Shown here: positions 49,055 to 59,576 of the stretch, piece after piece | Position numbering within the stretch: position 1 is the first letter of the stretch | Layout of the letters: every line of letters starts with the position of its first letter | Source: an uncultured Bacilli bacterium | GTDB lineage: Bacteria > Bacillota_I > Bacilli_A > RF39 > UBA660 | DNA length: 64,000 nt | Direction of reading: 5' to 3' | NCBI GenBank assembly: GCA_948497845.1 | Contig: CAOOMX010000001.1 | Location: 14,753 to 78,752 of the forward strand | Position numbers and translations under genes: made by a program | The notes under the pieces: model-generated | Database searches by the model: none | Told to the model about the DNA's origin: nothing | Seen by the model: only the letters and a program-made list of their open reading frames with translations

Positions 49055-50734
49055 ATGAATATGGATAAGTTAAAAAGAGCTCTTTCTTTTGCTTTAGCGA
49101 CACTTACGGCTTTAACAATGAGTGCATGTGACAATAGATTAGAAAAGAACAATGATGAAATTAAAAAAGGGAATGAAAAACCTTTTGAAAATCAAGAGAA
49201 ATTGTTTGAGAGTGAAAATTCTTCTAAAAATTATGACGAATTGATAGAATATACAAAAAAGCTACAAGAAATGGAGATACCTTATGTTTTTCAAGAATAT
49301 TATCCTACTTTAGAACAAATACAAAGTTTAATAAAGAAAGCTGATGTAGAAACAGAATGTAATGTTAATATTCCTTTAGATTTGGATAAGTTATTTGAAA
49401 GAATAAAAGATAATTCTTATAGTGCTTTTATACGTACTCCAAATAGTGGATCATTGTTTGTTATTGAAGGTAGTTATCCTAAAATGTTAAGTGAAGGAGT
49501 AGCTGTTGAGGAGACTGTACAAATTGCATTTGAGAAGTGTTTAAAAAAAGCTTTAGAAATGTTAAAAGATGCAACAAATGATACAAAGGACGATTTACAT
49601 CAAATTGCAGGGTTACGTTTTTTAGTTATAACTGGTGGAGAAATTGTTACTTTGCATAATCTTAATGGCGTTTATGATCAAAGAAATCATATAGGTTTTT
49701 TGTATAAAGAAGCGATAGAAGAAGCGCAACAAAAAGGTGAGTTAGAAGAATATTTATTTACTGTTATTTCTAGATGCTTAAATGATGTTCGTATGCTTCC
49801 TTGTGCATGTCGTAATGAACAAGCACAAAATAAAGGCGGAGAAGTTGCCCCTTTTAAAGTAGAAGAGACTTCATATCATTCTGTTTTAGAAACTACTCTT
49901 GTATGTGCAACTGTTGAGTCTTATATGCAAAATCAAACTACAAATGGAACAGAAATGTATGATTGTATTTATCAATCTGATAGGAAAGATCAAGCATATT
50001 TGATGTATATGGCAATGTTTGATAAAGAACATACAGTTGAAGAGTATTATAATGCTATGTTTGATAATAGTGTTAAAGATGTTCATGCCTTTTTTGGATT
50101 AGAAACAGATGCGGATTTGTTAACTTTTTATCAAATGCTTTATTCTTGTGATTCTTTAAGTGTAAAATCGTCTTTACCAGATAAATTATCTAAAGATGGA
50201 GTATCTTTAACTTTGAGAGAATACTATGATGCAGTAGGTCTTACCCATCATATAAATTTATATAGAATATTACTTAGTCGGTTGGCTAATTATACATTAG
50301 AAAATGACTTAGATATTACTAGTAATATGATGTTATTTCATTTATTTAAAGATATGGTTACTGATGGGTATGATTGGGTTTATGATAGTGATTCAGAAGA
50401 AAATGAGGCCTTTACTCTTTACAGTCGTTCTGTGCAAGAACTAACCGAACTTTATGAAGAATTTTTAAGTAAATGTTATGGTATGCCTATAGATCAAATA
50501 AAAGATTTAGAAAATGGCGAAGAATTAAAGGATTATATTAGAGCTCTTGTTTCTCTTGTTGATGGTAAAATTGAATTTAATCTTTTACATGGTATTAAAG
50601 CTCGTGAATTATTAAGAAGATTTCCTTTATTAAGAGATATCCTAAGTGTAACTAAAAGCTATTGTTATTTAGGGTATTGTGATTCTACTTCCTTTGAAGA
50701 AGCTTTAGTAAGACAAAGACAAATACAAGAATGA
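49055..50734 (+). CDS. Large lipoprotein of unknown function
   Basis: Lipobox LTMSAC. 559 aa with no recognisable catalytic motifs. Confidence 0.4.
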   Translation: MNMDKLKRALSFALATLTALTMSACDNRLEKNNDEIKKGNEKPFENQEKLFESENSSKNYDELIEYTKKLQEMEIPYVFQEYYPTLEQIQSLIKKADVETECNVNIPLDLDKLFERIKDNSYSAFIRTPNSGSLFVIEGSYPKMLSEGVAVEETVQIAFEKCLKKALEMLKDATNDTKDDLHQIAGLRFLVITGGEIVTLHNLNGVYDQRNHIGFLYKEAIEEAQQKGELEEYLFTVISRCLNDVRMLPCACRNEQAQNKGGEVAPFKVEETSYHSVLETTLVCATVESYMQNQTTNGTEMYDCIYQSDRKDQAYLMYMAMFDKEHTVEEYYNAMFDNSVKDVHAFFGLETDADLLTFYQMLYSCDSLSVKSSLPDKLSKDGVSLTLREYYDAVGLTHHINLYRILLSRLANYTLENDLDITSNMMLFHLFKDMVTDGYDWVYDSDSEENEAFTLYSRSVQELTELYEEFLSKCYGMPIDQIKDLENGEELKDYIRALVSLVDGKIEFNLLHGIKARELLRRFPLLRDILSVTKSYCYLGYCDSTSFEEALVRQRQIQE

Positions 50735-50747
50735 GTATTATTTTAGA

Positions 50748-50778
50748 GGCAGATTGTTAAAAAACGTCTGCTTTTTTG
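50748..50778 (+). terminator. Intrinsic terminator
   Basis: GCAGA...TCTGC hairpin followed by tttttt. Confidence 0.45.
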
Positions 50779-50829
50779 ATGCGTTTATTATTAAGACATA
50801 AAAAAAAGAAAGAGGATAGGTCTTTCTTG

Positions 50830-51102
50830 TTAACTTTCGTATGACTTTATGTATTTTATTATTTCTCTATCGCTTAGTACTTTACCTTCGGCATATTTTT
50901 TTCCGTTTATAACTAAGCCTGGAATATTTTTAATATTATACTTGTTTAAAGATTCTTGGTCATCTTTGAGTTCAATTTTTATATTTTTATCTATATTGCC
51001 GATTGCTTTTAAAAGCATCTTTTTCAATTTCATTCCATTACTACAATTACTGCCAATTATCTTTATATTCAAATGCTTCACCTCTCCTTTCATATTCATC
51101 AT
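50830..51102 (-). CDS. Small thioredoxin-fold protein (Thioredoxin_3-like, redox motif degenerate)
   Basis: Resembles small redox-active disulfide protein 2 (IKIIGSNCSNG... beta-alpha-beta pattern), but only one Cys is in the CxxC position. Confidence 0.35.
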   Translation of the reverse strand: MMNMKGEVKHLNIKIIGSNCSNGMKLKKMLLKAIGNIDKNIKIELKDDQESLNKYNIKNIPGLVINGKKYAEGKVLSDREIIKYIKSYES

Positions 51103-51198
51103 ACTTTAATAATGTGAAATAATTATGTTGTTTTTGAGAAAATTAAAAGGGTATCATTAAGCGTAGAAGTATGCTATACTTATTTAGAGTGAAGAAAT

Positions 51199-51543
51199 AT
51201 GAAAAATAATAGAGGATTTACATTAATTGAATTATTAGTAACCATAGCGTTGATAGCTGCTGTTAGTGTTATTGTCGGGCTAAATATTATGCATACTATT
51301 AATGCACAAGAAGAAAAACAAATTGCTGAGTATCGTACAAAGTTAGAGGATGCTGCTTGTGTTTATGTTGAAAGCCTAGGTTTAAAAGGGAATAGAACTG
51401 TTACTATTCAAAACTTAATTGACAAGGGATTAGTGGGAAAAGATACGGTGAATCCTGAAAATAAAAAAGCTGTTACGCAAGATGGGGCAAGAATTACTGT
51501 TACATGGTCAAATGGTAAAAAAACTTGTACTTATACAAAATAA
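51199..51543 (+). CDS. Type IV pilin / competence pseudopilin-like protein (prepilin N-terminal cleavage/methylation domain)
   Basis: MKNNRGFTLIELLVTIALIAAVSVIV matches the G|FTLIE prepilin motif. Confidence 0.6.
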   Translation: MKNNRGFTLIELLVTIALIAAVSVIVGLNIMHTINAQEEKQIAEYRTKLEDAACVYVESLGLKGNRTVTIQNLIDKGLVGKDTVNPENKKAVTQDGARITVTWSNGKKTCTYTK

Positions 51544-51557
51544 AAGGGGAAATGTTT

Positions 51558-53669
51558 ATGAAGGAAAAAATTATAGAATTATTTCATCAAATTACAAGAG
51601 CTAAGTCTGTTTTTGAAATATATGATAAATTGAATTTAAAAGGTGTAGATGATCAAAGAGAATTAGAAGAAGCTTTAAGAGATTTAGTAGAAGATGGTAT
51701 TATTCATGAAACTAGAAAAGATGGCTATGTTTTAATGAGCGAATGTTCTACTTTACGTGTAGGTAAAATTAGTGTTAATAAAGCTGGTAATGGATATGTT
51801 GATATCAACGGTCCCATAGATGTTTATATTGCCGCTAAAAAACTCAATCATGCTATAGATGGAGATGTTGTAGCAGTTGATACATATAGTAATCATGGTG
51901 TATTAGAAGGAAGAGTCTTACGTATTTTAAAACGAGATATTAAAAACGTTGTTGGAGAAATTGTTCGTTTAAAAAAGAAACTTGTTTTTAGGCCTGATGA
52001 TGAGAAATTAAATGTTATTATTAGTTTGCCAAAAGCTGATATTTCAAAGTTAGTAGAAGGACATAAAGTTTTAGTTGGAATTATAAAAGATTTTGGAAGT
52101 AATCATTATCTTGGTTCCGTCTTAAAAGTAATTGGTCATAAAAATGATCCTGGTGTAGATATTATTTCTATTGCATTAAGGCACGGTATTGAAGTAGAAT
52201 TTAATGAATCTGTTATTGAAGAATTAAACTCAGTGCCAACGATAGTTAGAGATACAGACAAAGTAGGTAGAAAAGATTTAACAAAAGAAGAAATATTTAC
52301 GATTGATGGAGATGATACTAAAGATATTGATGATGCTATTAGTTTGAGAAAAGAAGGTAATTTATATGTTTTAGGGGTACATATAGCGGATGTTAGTTAT
52401 TATGTAAAAACAGGAACTTCTTTATATGAAACTGCTTTTGCTCGTGGTACTTCTAGTTATTTAGCTGATACAGTTATTCCTATGATTCCTCATCAATTAT
52501 CTAATGGGATTTGTTCTTTAAATCCAGAAGTGGAACGTTTGGCTATAAGCTGTGTTATGAAAATAGATGAAAAAGGAATTGTCAAAGATTATGATATATT
52601 TCCATCCGTTATTTGCTCTAAAAAACAAATGACATATAAAAATGTTAATAAGATTATTATGGAAGATCAATCAGTAGAAGGATATGAGCCATTTATACCA
52701 ACTTTGAAATTGATGAATGAATTAGCTCATATTTTACGTGAAGAAAAAACTAGTCGTGGGTATATTGATTTTGGTTTAGAGGAAGCTAAAATCATTCAAG
52801 ATGCATCTGGTAAAGCTATTGATGTTGTTAAAAGAGAACGTGGAGATGGAGAGAATTTAATAGAAGATTTCATGATTGCAGCCAATGAAACTGTAGCGAC
52901 GCATGTTTCTAATATGGAATTGCCTTTTGTTTATCGTGTACATGATATACCAAGTGCCGAAAAAGTAGAGAGTTTTACTAATTTAGTTAAACAAATGGGC
53001 TATCAAATAACAACCGATTTACGTAGGATGACACCACTTACAATGCAAAGTGTTTTAGAAGAATTTCGTGATAAAAAAGAATTTAGTGTTTTATCAGATC
53101 AATTGCTTCGTAGTATGAAAAAAGCCGTTTATAGTACAAATAATATTGGACATTTTGGTCTGGCTAGTGATAATTATACGCATTTTACAAGTCCTATTAG
53201 AAGATTTCCAGATTTGACAGTACATCGTCTTTTAAGAACTTACTTTTTTATGAATGATATGAGTCTTGATACGATCAATTATAATGAAAAATATTTGATT
53301 GATGTAGCAGAGGTTTCTAGTGAAAGAGAAGTGGCTGCGCAGGAAGCTGAAAGAGATGTTTTAGGCATGAAGATGGCAGAATATATGGAAGATAAAGTAG
53401 GCAAAGTTTATAAGGGAATTATTAATGGTGTAACAAGTTTTGGTTTTTTTGTCGAACTTGATAATTTAGTGGAAGGCTTGGTACATATTAGTTCTTTACA
53501 TGGTTTTTATAATTATGTTCCAGAGCAATTGTCTTTAATAAAAAAAGATAATAGTGTTCGTTATAGAATTGGGGATAAAGTAACTATTCAAGTTATTGGA
53601 GCTAGTAAAGATACTGGTAATATTGATTTTGAATTAGTTGAGGGGGATAATAATGGAGATCAAGAATAA
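51558..53669 (+). CDS. rnr: Ribonuclease R
   Basis: RNB domain motifs (DIDDAIS), cold-shock OB domains, C-terminal S1 domain. Start ATG 51558 (MKEKIIELF). Confidence 0.85.
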   Translation: MKEKIIELFHQITRAKSVFEIYDKLNLKGVDDQRELEEALRDLVEDGIIHETRKDGYVLMSECSTLRVGKISVNKAGNGYVDINGPIDVYIAAKKLNHAIDGDVVAVDTYSNHGVLEGRVLRILKRDIKNVVGEIVRLKKKLVFRPDDEKLNVIISLPKADISKLVEGHKVLVGIIKDFGSNHYLGSVLKVIGHKNDPGVDIISIALRHGIEVEFNESVIEELNSVPTIVRDTDKVGRKDLTKEEIFTIDGDDTKDIDDAISLRKEGNLYVLGVHIADVSYYVKTGTSLYETAFARGTSSYLADTVIPMIPHQLSNGICSLNPEVERLAISCVMKIDEKGIVKDYDIFPSVICSKKQMTYKNVNKIIMEDQSVEGYEPFIPTLKLMNELAHILREEKTSRGYIDFGLEEAKIIQDASGKAIDVVKRERGDGENLIEDFMIAANETVATHVSNMELPFVYRVHDIPSAEKVESFTNLVKQMGYQITTDLRRMTPLTMQSVLEEFRDKKEFSVLSDQLLRSMKKAVYSTNNIGHFGLASDNYTHFTSPIRRFPDLTVHRLLRTYFFMNDMSLDTINYNEKYLIDVAEVSSEREVAAQEAERDVLGMKMAEYMEDKVGKVYKGIINGVTSFGFFVELDNLVEGLVHISSLHGFYNYVPEQLSLIKKDNSVRYRIGDKVTIQVIGASKDTGNIDFELVEGDNNGDQE

Positions 53670-54081
53670 GAAAGCATATTTTAATTATTTTATTGAACAA
53701 GAATTAGAAGCAGGTATTGCACTTGTGGGTACGGAAATTAAATCCGTTAGAAAGGGTTCTTTAGATTTGTCTGATGCTTATATACGTATAAAGAATAATG
53801 AAGCCTTTATTGTAAATATGTTTATTGATCAATATAATGAAGCTAGTATTTTTAATCATAATACTACTCGTGAACGGAAGTTACTTTTGCATAAGAAGGA
53901 AATAAAAAAATTAGAAGAGTTAAAAAGCAAAGATGGATATACAATTATTCCTCTTAAAATATATTTGCACGATGGTAAAGTTAAAGTTTTAGTTGGAGTG
54001 GCTCGTGGAAAAAAACTTTATGATAAAAGAGAAAGTATAAAGAAAAAAGACTTAGAAAGAGCTGAAAAAAGGAAGTGGTAA
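53653..54081 (+). CDS. smpB: SsrA-binding protein SmpB
   Basis: KKAYFNYFIEQELEAGIALVGTEIKSVR, with a basic C-terminal tail. Confidence 0.85.
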   Translation: MEIKNKKAYFNYFIEQELEAGIALVGTEIKSVRKGSLDLSDAYIRIKNNEAFIVNMFIDQYNEASIFNHNTTRERKLLLHKKEIKKLEELKSKDGYTIIPLKIYLHDGKVKVLVGVARGKKLYDKRESIKKKDLERAEKRKW

Positions 54082-54084
54082 TTC

Positions 54085-55179
54085 ATGAGAATTAAAGCAA
54101 AAAGAATGTCTAAAAATTCTAAAAAAACTTATTTGGTAATTGGGGGCGTAGTTATTTTAATGGCGTTAGTGGCAACTGGAGTGTTTGCTATGAGACATTT
54201 ATCGAATAAGCCTGCTGTTTTAAGTAAAGAGGAAAGAAAAAATGGTGAAGTTCCTCCAGATGAGATAGATGATAGTAAACCTGTTTCAGGAGATGAAAAA
54301 GATTCTAATCATAGACCTTTTGCGGTAATGATTAATAATATTTCTACAGCAAGACCTTACCAAAGTGGATTGCAAGATGCTTATATTGTTTATGAACTTA
54401 TTGCAGAAGGCGGAATTACAAGGTTTTTAGCTTTGTTTAAAGATATGGAAACAGCAAGAATTGGTACTGTTAGAAGTGCAAGACATTATTATTTAGATTA
54501 TGTTTTGGAAAATGATGCATATTTTGTGCATTGGGGTTGGAGTCCGCAAGCACAGAGTGATATTTCTTCTTTGAAGATAGATAATATTAATGGGCTTCAT
54601 TATTCTAATAAGTACTTTTGGACTGATACTTCGTTGAAGGTCTCTACAGAACATACTCGTTTTACTAATATGGAAAAGTTGGAAAAAGCCATTAAAGATC
54701 TTGGTTATCGTACTACATCTAATAAAGATATGTTATTAAATTATAGTGAGGATAGCTTAGATCTTGAACAAATAAAAAATGCTAAGAAATGTGATACAGT
54801 AAATATTAAATATTCTAATAGTACGACTACTAATTATAAATATGATAGTGAGAAGAAAGTATATTTTCGTAGTGTAAATAATAAGGCTCATGTTGATTAT
54901 GTTTCAAAGGAACAATATAATTTTAAGAATATAATTGTTTATCAAGTGAAGAATACTTCTATAGATCAAGATGATAAAGGGCGTCAGGAATTGAATAATA
55001 TTGGAACAGGTACAGGGTATTATATAAGTGAAGGATATGCTATTCCTATTAAATGGGAAAAGAAAAGTAGATCTGCAGAAACAAAATATACTTTGGAAAA
55101 TGGAGAAGAATTAGTTGTAAATGAGGGAAATACCTTTATTCAAATTCAGCCAAAGGGATTAAGTTTAGATATAAAATAA
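54085..55179 (+). CDS. DUF3048-family secreted/membrane-anchored protein (YerB-like)
   Basis: N-terminal TM. Block HRPFAVMINNISTARPYQSGLQDAYIVYELIAEGGITRFLALF typical of DUF3048. Confidence 0.55.
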   Translation: MRIKAKRMSKNSKKTYLVIGGVVILMALVATGVFAMRHLSNKPAVLSKEERKNGEVPPDEIDDSKPVSGDEKDSNHRPFAVMINNISTARPYQSGLQDAYIVYELIAEGGITRFLALFKDMETARIGTVRSARHYYLDYVLENDAYFVHWGWSPQAQSDISSLKIDNINGLHYSNKYFWTDTSLKVSTEHTRFTNMEKLEKAIKDLGYRTTSNKDMLLNYSEDSLDLEQIKNAKKCDTVNIKYSNSTTTNYKYDSEKKVYFRSVNNKAHVDYVSKEQYNFKNIIVYQVKNTSIDQDDKGRQELNNIGTGTGYYISEGYAIPIKWEKKSRSAETKYTLENGEELVVNEGNTFIQIQPKGLSLDIK

Positions 55180-55194
55180 AATTGGAGGAATAAA

Positions 55195-55485
55195 ATGCAG
55201 GAATTATTAAATTTTATCATTGATAAATATATTATGTTTGATATTATATCAGCTGTTTTAATTTTTGCTTTGATTGGTTATTTTGTTGATATGAGAAGAA
55301 GAAAGAAAGATCCATATCATGTGGATAAAAAAGAAGATATTAACTTAGAAAATATTGGAGCTTCTGGTAATGTGGCTTTGAATGATGCTTTGAATCAAAA
55401 TGCTGGTGTAAATATGGCTATTGATCAAGCTTCTTCAACTGTTAATATGGCTTCGAATGCTTCAAATAATCAACAAAACTTCTAA
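55195..55485 (+). CDS. Small membrane protein (hypothetical)
   Basis: 96 aa, one TM, Asn/Gln-rich tail. Confidence 0.3.
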   Translation: MQELLNFIIDKYIMFDIISAVLIFALIGYFVDMRRRKKDPYHVDKKEDINLENIGASGNVALNDALNQNAGVNMAIDQASSTVNMASNASNNQQNF

Positions 55486-55492
55486 AATAAAG

Positions 55493-55518
55493 AGTTAGCA
55501 AAATCTAACTTTTTTTCA
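55493..55518 (+). terminator. Intrinsic terminator
   Basis: AGTTAG-caaaat-CTAACT hairpin followed by ttttttt. Confidence 0.55.
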
Positions 55519-55559
55519 TACTGTAAGAAACTAAGGTCACTTAAAATGTGTATTAGGTA

Positions 55560-55589
55560 CTATCCATTTTATTAATATTTTGATATAAT
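55560..55589 (+). promoter_or_regulatory. Putative promoter with extended -10 (TGATATAAT) for the cdaA operon
   Basis: TGnTATAAT at 55581-55589. Confidence 0.4.
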
Positions 55590-56451
55590 GTATAGGCATC
55601 AATGTATTGATAAAAAGGATGGTGTTTTAATTTTGAATTTATCTCTAGTATGGAGTTTATTTACAAAACTATTGGATATTTGTTTTGTTTGGATTGCGTT
55701 TTATTATATTTTAAAAAATGTTAAGAATAATATAAAAATGGTATTAATTGTTAAGGGAGTATTTTTAATTCTTATCGTTAAATTATTGAGTGATTGGCTT
55801 AATCTTTATACCGTTGGAGTAATTTTGGAGTATGCTATTCAATGGGGACCTCTTGCAATTATCGTTATTTTTCAACCAGAAATTAGAAGTGTGCTCGAGT
55901 CTTTAGGTAGAACGCAGTTGTTAGGAAGACATAAAATATTAACGATTGATGAACGAGAAAAAGTTGTTTATGAACTTATGCGATCAGTTGAATATTTACG
56001 TAAAAATAGAATTGGTGCTTTAATTGTTGTAGAAAGAGAAATATCTTTGGAAGAATATATTCGTAGTGCTACAAAGATATATGCAGATATGTCTGATTCT
56101 TTGTTAGAAACAATCTTTTTCCCAAATTCGCCGCTTCATGATGGTGGAGTTATTGTTCAAGGAGATCGAATTACTTGTGCAGGTGCTGTTTTTAAAACGA
56201 GTATGAATCCTAATATTTCTAAAAGATTAGGAACGCGTCATAGAGCTGCTTTAGGAATTGCAGAGGAAAGTGATGCAATAGCTTTAGTTGTATCTGAAGA
56301 AACAGGTCGTCTTAGTATAGCAGTTGATGGTGAATTACATTATAATTTGGATCCAGATCAATTTAGAATGATGTTGATTGAGGAATTAAGACCCAAAATG
56401 GAAGTTTTCTTCGAAGCTGATAATGGTGAAAGTGAAGGTGAAGAAGAATAA
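55588..56451 (+). CDS. cdaA: Diadenylate cyclase CdaA (DacA); start codon uncertain (probably downstream of the track start, e.g. TTG near 55633)
   Basis: Three N-terminal TMs. DisA_N domain with DGAIIV-type block HDGGVIVQGDRITCAGAVF and RHRAALGIAEESDAIALVVSEETG. Confidence 0.8.
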   Translation: MYRHQCIDKKDGVLILNLSLVWSLFTKLLDICFVWIAFYYILKNVKNNIKMVLIVKGVFLILIVKLLSDWLNLYTVGVILEYAIQWGPLAIIVIFQPEIRSVLESLGRTQLLGRHKILTIDEREKVVYELMRSVEYLRKNRIGALIVVEREISLEEYIRSATKIYADMSDSLLETIFFPNSPLHDGGVIVQGDRITCAGAVFKTSMNPNISKRLGTRHRAALGIAEESDAIALVVSEETGRLSIAVDGELHYNLDPDQFRMMLIEELRPKMEVFFEADNGESEGEEE

Positions 56452-57809
56452 TGAAAAAGTTTTTAAGAGGTATTTATCGTTTTATTGATAAAAATATTGT
56501 TGTACCAATAAGTAGATTTATTTATTATTTATCTAAAAAGTGGAAAAAGAATCAAGGAAAATTAGATAAAGTATTAAATCAGCCTCATTTTTTGATTTAT
56601 TTGTCTTTGGCGACAGCTGTAATTATGTTTTTATTAATTGATTCTAAGGTAATAAGTTTAGTAGAAACAGAAGCTGAGGTTATTACGAATGTTCCAGTTG
56701 TAGTTAAATATAATGAGGAAGCTTATGTTATTGAAGGCGTTCCTGAAAATGTAGATATAACTATTACAGGTAGAAAAAGTGATATTTATTTGGCTAAACA
56801 ACTTGGAGAATATGAAGTTATACTTGATTTATCTGATTATTCTGCTAGTGATACACCTTATAAAGTATACTTTACTTACTCAAAATCTATTGATAGTTTA
56901 GGTTATAAATTAGATCCATCTTATGTACAAGTTACAGTGAAGAATAAAGAAAGTAGTGTAAAGACATTATCTTATGATTTAATGAATATTGATGAATTAA
57001 ATAATAAGTTGAGTGTTAAAAGTGTTACTTTGAATAAATCAGAAGTAGTTGTTAAAGGAAGTAGTGATGCTTTAGCTAATATTTCTAATGTAAAAGCTTT
57101 GATTGATTTAGGAAAAGGTAATTATAATGAAGCAGGAACTTATAATGTTGATAATATTGAATTAGTTGCCTATAATGCTAGTGGTGAACGTTTGGATAAT
57201 GTTGAAATAGTTCCTAGTACTACTAGTGCAACACTTGTTTTGGACAGTTATTCTAAAAATGTTACACTTTCTGTTGAAACAGTTGGTACTTTATTACCTG
57301 GTAAATCTATTGCCTCAATATTGATAAATAATAATTCAGATTATTCTTTAACAATTTATGGAGAAAAGAGCGATATTGAGAAAATTGATACTGTTCCTGT
57401 AACTATTAATGTTGATGGTTTAGGTAATAGTGATACTAAGAATTATACTGTTAAAATAACTAAGCCAGCAGGTGTTAGAGAAATGAGTGCTGAAAGCGTT
57501 AATATTATTGCAACTTTTGGTGAGGAAAAGCAAAAAACATTGGATATAAGTAATAGTATTAAGCCAATTAATAAGGCTGATGGTTTAGCGGTAAGTATCG
57601 TTGGTGATAAAGATGATGTGGTTAATGTTCAAGTTAAGGGAGTACAATCTGTTATAGATAATATTACTGCGTCGAATGTAGCAGCTTATATTGATTTATC
57701 TGGACTAGGAGTAGGAAGTTATGAAGTCGATGTTAAAATTGATAATAAAAATCCTCTTTTAAGCTATGTAGTTTCTAGTAAAGTTAAGATTGAATTAGTA
57801 AAAGAGTAG
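56451..57809 (+). CDS. cdaR: CdaA regulatory protein CdaR (YbbR-like domain repeats)
   Basis: N-terminal TM plus repeated YbbR-like beta domains. Tightly coupled to cdaA. Confidence 0.7.
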   Translation: MKKFLRGIYRFIDKNIVVPISRFIYYLSKKWKKNQGKLDKVLNQPHFLIYLSLATAVIMFLLIDSKVISLVETEAEVITNVPVVVKYNEEAYVIEGVPENVDITITGRKSDIYLAKQLGEYEVILDLSDYSASDTPYKVYFTYSKSIDSLGYKLDPSYVQVTVKNKESSVKTLSYDLMNIDELNNKLSVKSVTLNKSEVVVKGSSDALANISNVKALIDLGKGNYNEAGTYNVDNIELVAYNASGERLDNVEIVPSTTSATLVLDSYSKNVTLSVETVGTLLPGKSIASILINNNSDYSLTIYGEKSDIEKIDTVPVTINVDGLGNSDTKNYTVKITKPAGVREMSAESVNIIATFGEEKQKTLDISNSIKPINKADGLAVSIVGDKDDVVNVQVKGVQSVIDNITASNVAAYIDLSGLGVGSYEVDVKIDNKNPLLSYVVSSKVKIELVKE

Positions 57810-57826
57810 AGAAGTTGTGATTTAAT

Positions 57827-59248
57827 ATGAAAATAAGATATGTTTTAAGAATATTATATGTTGCATGTATTATTTGCACTATGATTATTTGTCAAATAAA
57901 CATATCTTTTTCTATGCTTGGTAATACTATAGATGATGTTCTTTTAAATGAAGTTTATGAGGATAGGGGTGTAGAAGCTAAAAAGTGTACTGTATTTGGT
58001 TGTGAAAATCTGATTTCTTATGTTGATGATTATAAAGTTGATACTTCTATAGTAGGAGAAAATAGAATTGAGTATCGTATGAAATATAAAAAACTTGATT
58101 GGTCAGTAGAAAGAATTGTTAGAGTGAAGGACAATATCCCCCCAGAAATATCTTTGATTGGGGATGATGTTGTTTATATTTGCTCTATAGCTAGTTTTAA
58201 AGACCCCGGAGTTACGGCGGTTGATAATTATGATGGAGATATAACTAGTAAAGTAAAAAAGGTTATAAATGATGATTATATACGATATGAAGTAAGTGAT
58301 TCTTCTAATAATAGTTCTTTTGTATATCGTAAACTAGTTATTGATGACAGAACAAGGCCAATCATTTCTTTAAAAGGAGCATCGGTGATCTATCACGAAA
58401 AAGGAACTAGCTTTAAAGACCCAGGTGTGAATGTTAAAGATAATTGTGATGAGAAAATTCATGAGAAAGTAAAGGTTAGTTCTTTAGATCAATTAAATAA
58501 GGTAGGCAAGCATGAAATTGTTTATACGGTAACAGATGTTGCTGGAAATAGTAATTCTGTTAAAAGAATTGTTTATGTTTATGATTTTAAAACTAAGAAT
58601 GTAGAAGAATATAAGCAAAGTCTAGATTATTATATTGCTAGTAAAGGATATCAAGTAAGTGTTGGTTATACTTCTTTGGATAAAAATGAGACATATTATT
58701 ATAAAGAAAAAAAGATTTATTATGGAGCTAGTTTAATTAAGACTTTGGCAGGGTTGTATGCCTATGAAAATATGACATTAACAGATGAAGTGAAACAGTT
58801 GGTAAAAGAAGCTATTTCGGTTAGTTCAAATTCTAGCTATAAAAAATTAGTGTCGATGATTGGTATTGATCATTTGAGAAGTTATGGCAAAATGATTGGA
58901 GCAACGCATGTGTTAACGCGTGGTGATGATGACTTTTTTGCTAATACACATGTTCTGGATCAAATCACTTATATGAAATATTTATATCAATTTGTAGTGA
59001 ATAATGCAAATGGAGAAGAATTAAAAAGTTATTTTATTAATGATCATTATAATTATTTGCGGTTTGGAGAATTTCCTTTATTTATGCATAAATATGGTTA
59101 CTTTGGGAAATTATTTCATGAAGCAGGCATTGTTTTTGATAAAAAGCCTTATATTATAGTGATATTAAGTGAAGAGGCAACAAATGATTATCCAACTATT
59201 TTTAGGGATTTGTCTGAGAAAGTTTACTATTTAAATGATTTAATATAA
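57827..59248 (+). CDS. Secreted protein with two DUF5011/Ig-like domains and a C-terminal class A beta-lactamase-like serine hydrolase domain
   Basis: Repeats DNIPPEISLIGDDVVY...DPGVTAVDNYDGDITSKV (x2). SxxK motif in GASLIKT. Confidence 0.45.
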   Translation: MKIRYVLRILYVACIICTMIICQINISFSMLGNTIDDVLLNEVYEDRGVEAKKCTVFGCENLISYVDDYKVDTSIVGENRIEYRMKYKKLDWSVERIVRVKDNIPPEISLIGDDVVYICSIASFKDPGVTAVDNYDGDITSKVKKVINDDYIRYEVSDSSNNSSFVYRKLVIDDRTRPIISLKGASVIYHEKGTSFKDPGVNVKDNCDEKIHEKVKVSSLDQLNKVGKHEIVYTVTDVAGNSNSVKRIVYVYDFKTKNVEEYKQSLDYYIASKGYQVSVGYTSLDKNETYYYKEKKIYYGASLIKTLAGLYAYENMTLTDEVKQLVKEAISVSSNSSYKKLVSMIGIDHLRSYGKMIGATHVLTRGDDDFFANTHVLDQITYMKYLYQFVVNNANGEELKSYFINDHYNYLRFGEFPLFMHKYGYFGKLFHEAGIVFDKKPYIIVILSEEATNDYPTIFRDLSEKVYYLNDLI

Positions 59249-59280
59249 AAAGTCGTTTTGGGTAACGACTTTTATTTTTC
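59248..59280. terminator. Bidirectional intrinsic terminator between convergent genes
   Basis: AAAGTCGTT...AACGACTTT hairpin followed by tattttt. Confidence 0.55.
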
Positions 59281-59472
59281 AACAAAATCCATAAAATAAA
59301 TTCCTATGTTGATAAGTCCACAGATACCAACAATAGCATAGATTATTCTATGAAGCATGTCTAAATCTTTAAATACTGTTTCTACTAAATTGAAGTCGAA
59401 TATACCGATTAATCCCCAGTTTAGGGCCCCAATAATAGTAAAAATTAGTGCAATTTTTTGTAATGTTGCCAT
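59272..59472 (-). CDS. DUF378-family small membrane protein
   Basis: 66 aa, two TMs, IGALNWGLIG signature. Confidence 0.5.
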   Translation of the reverse strand: MATLQKIALIFTIIGALNWGLIGIFDFNLVETVFKDLDMLHRIIYAIVGICGLINIGIYFMDFVEK

Positions 59473-59576
59473 AATACTTTCCTTTCTATTGTTTATTTTG
59501 GTTAATTTTGTAAAAATTATTCATGTATATTTTAAATTATCTAAAATATAGTTAATTAGAAAAGGGGTAAAATTAG

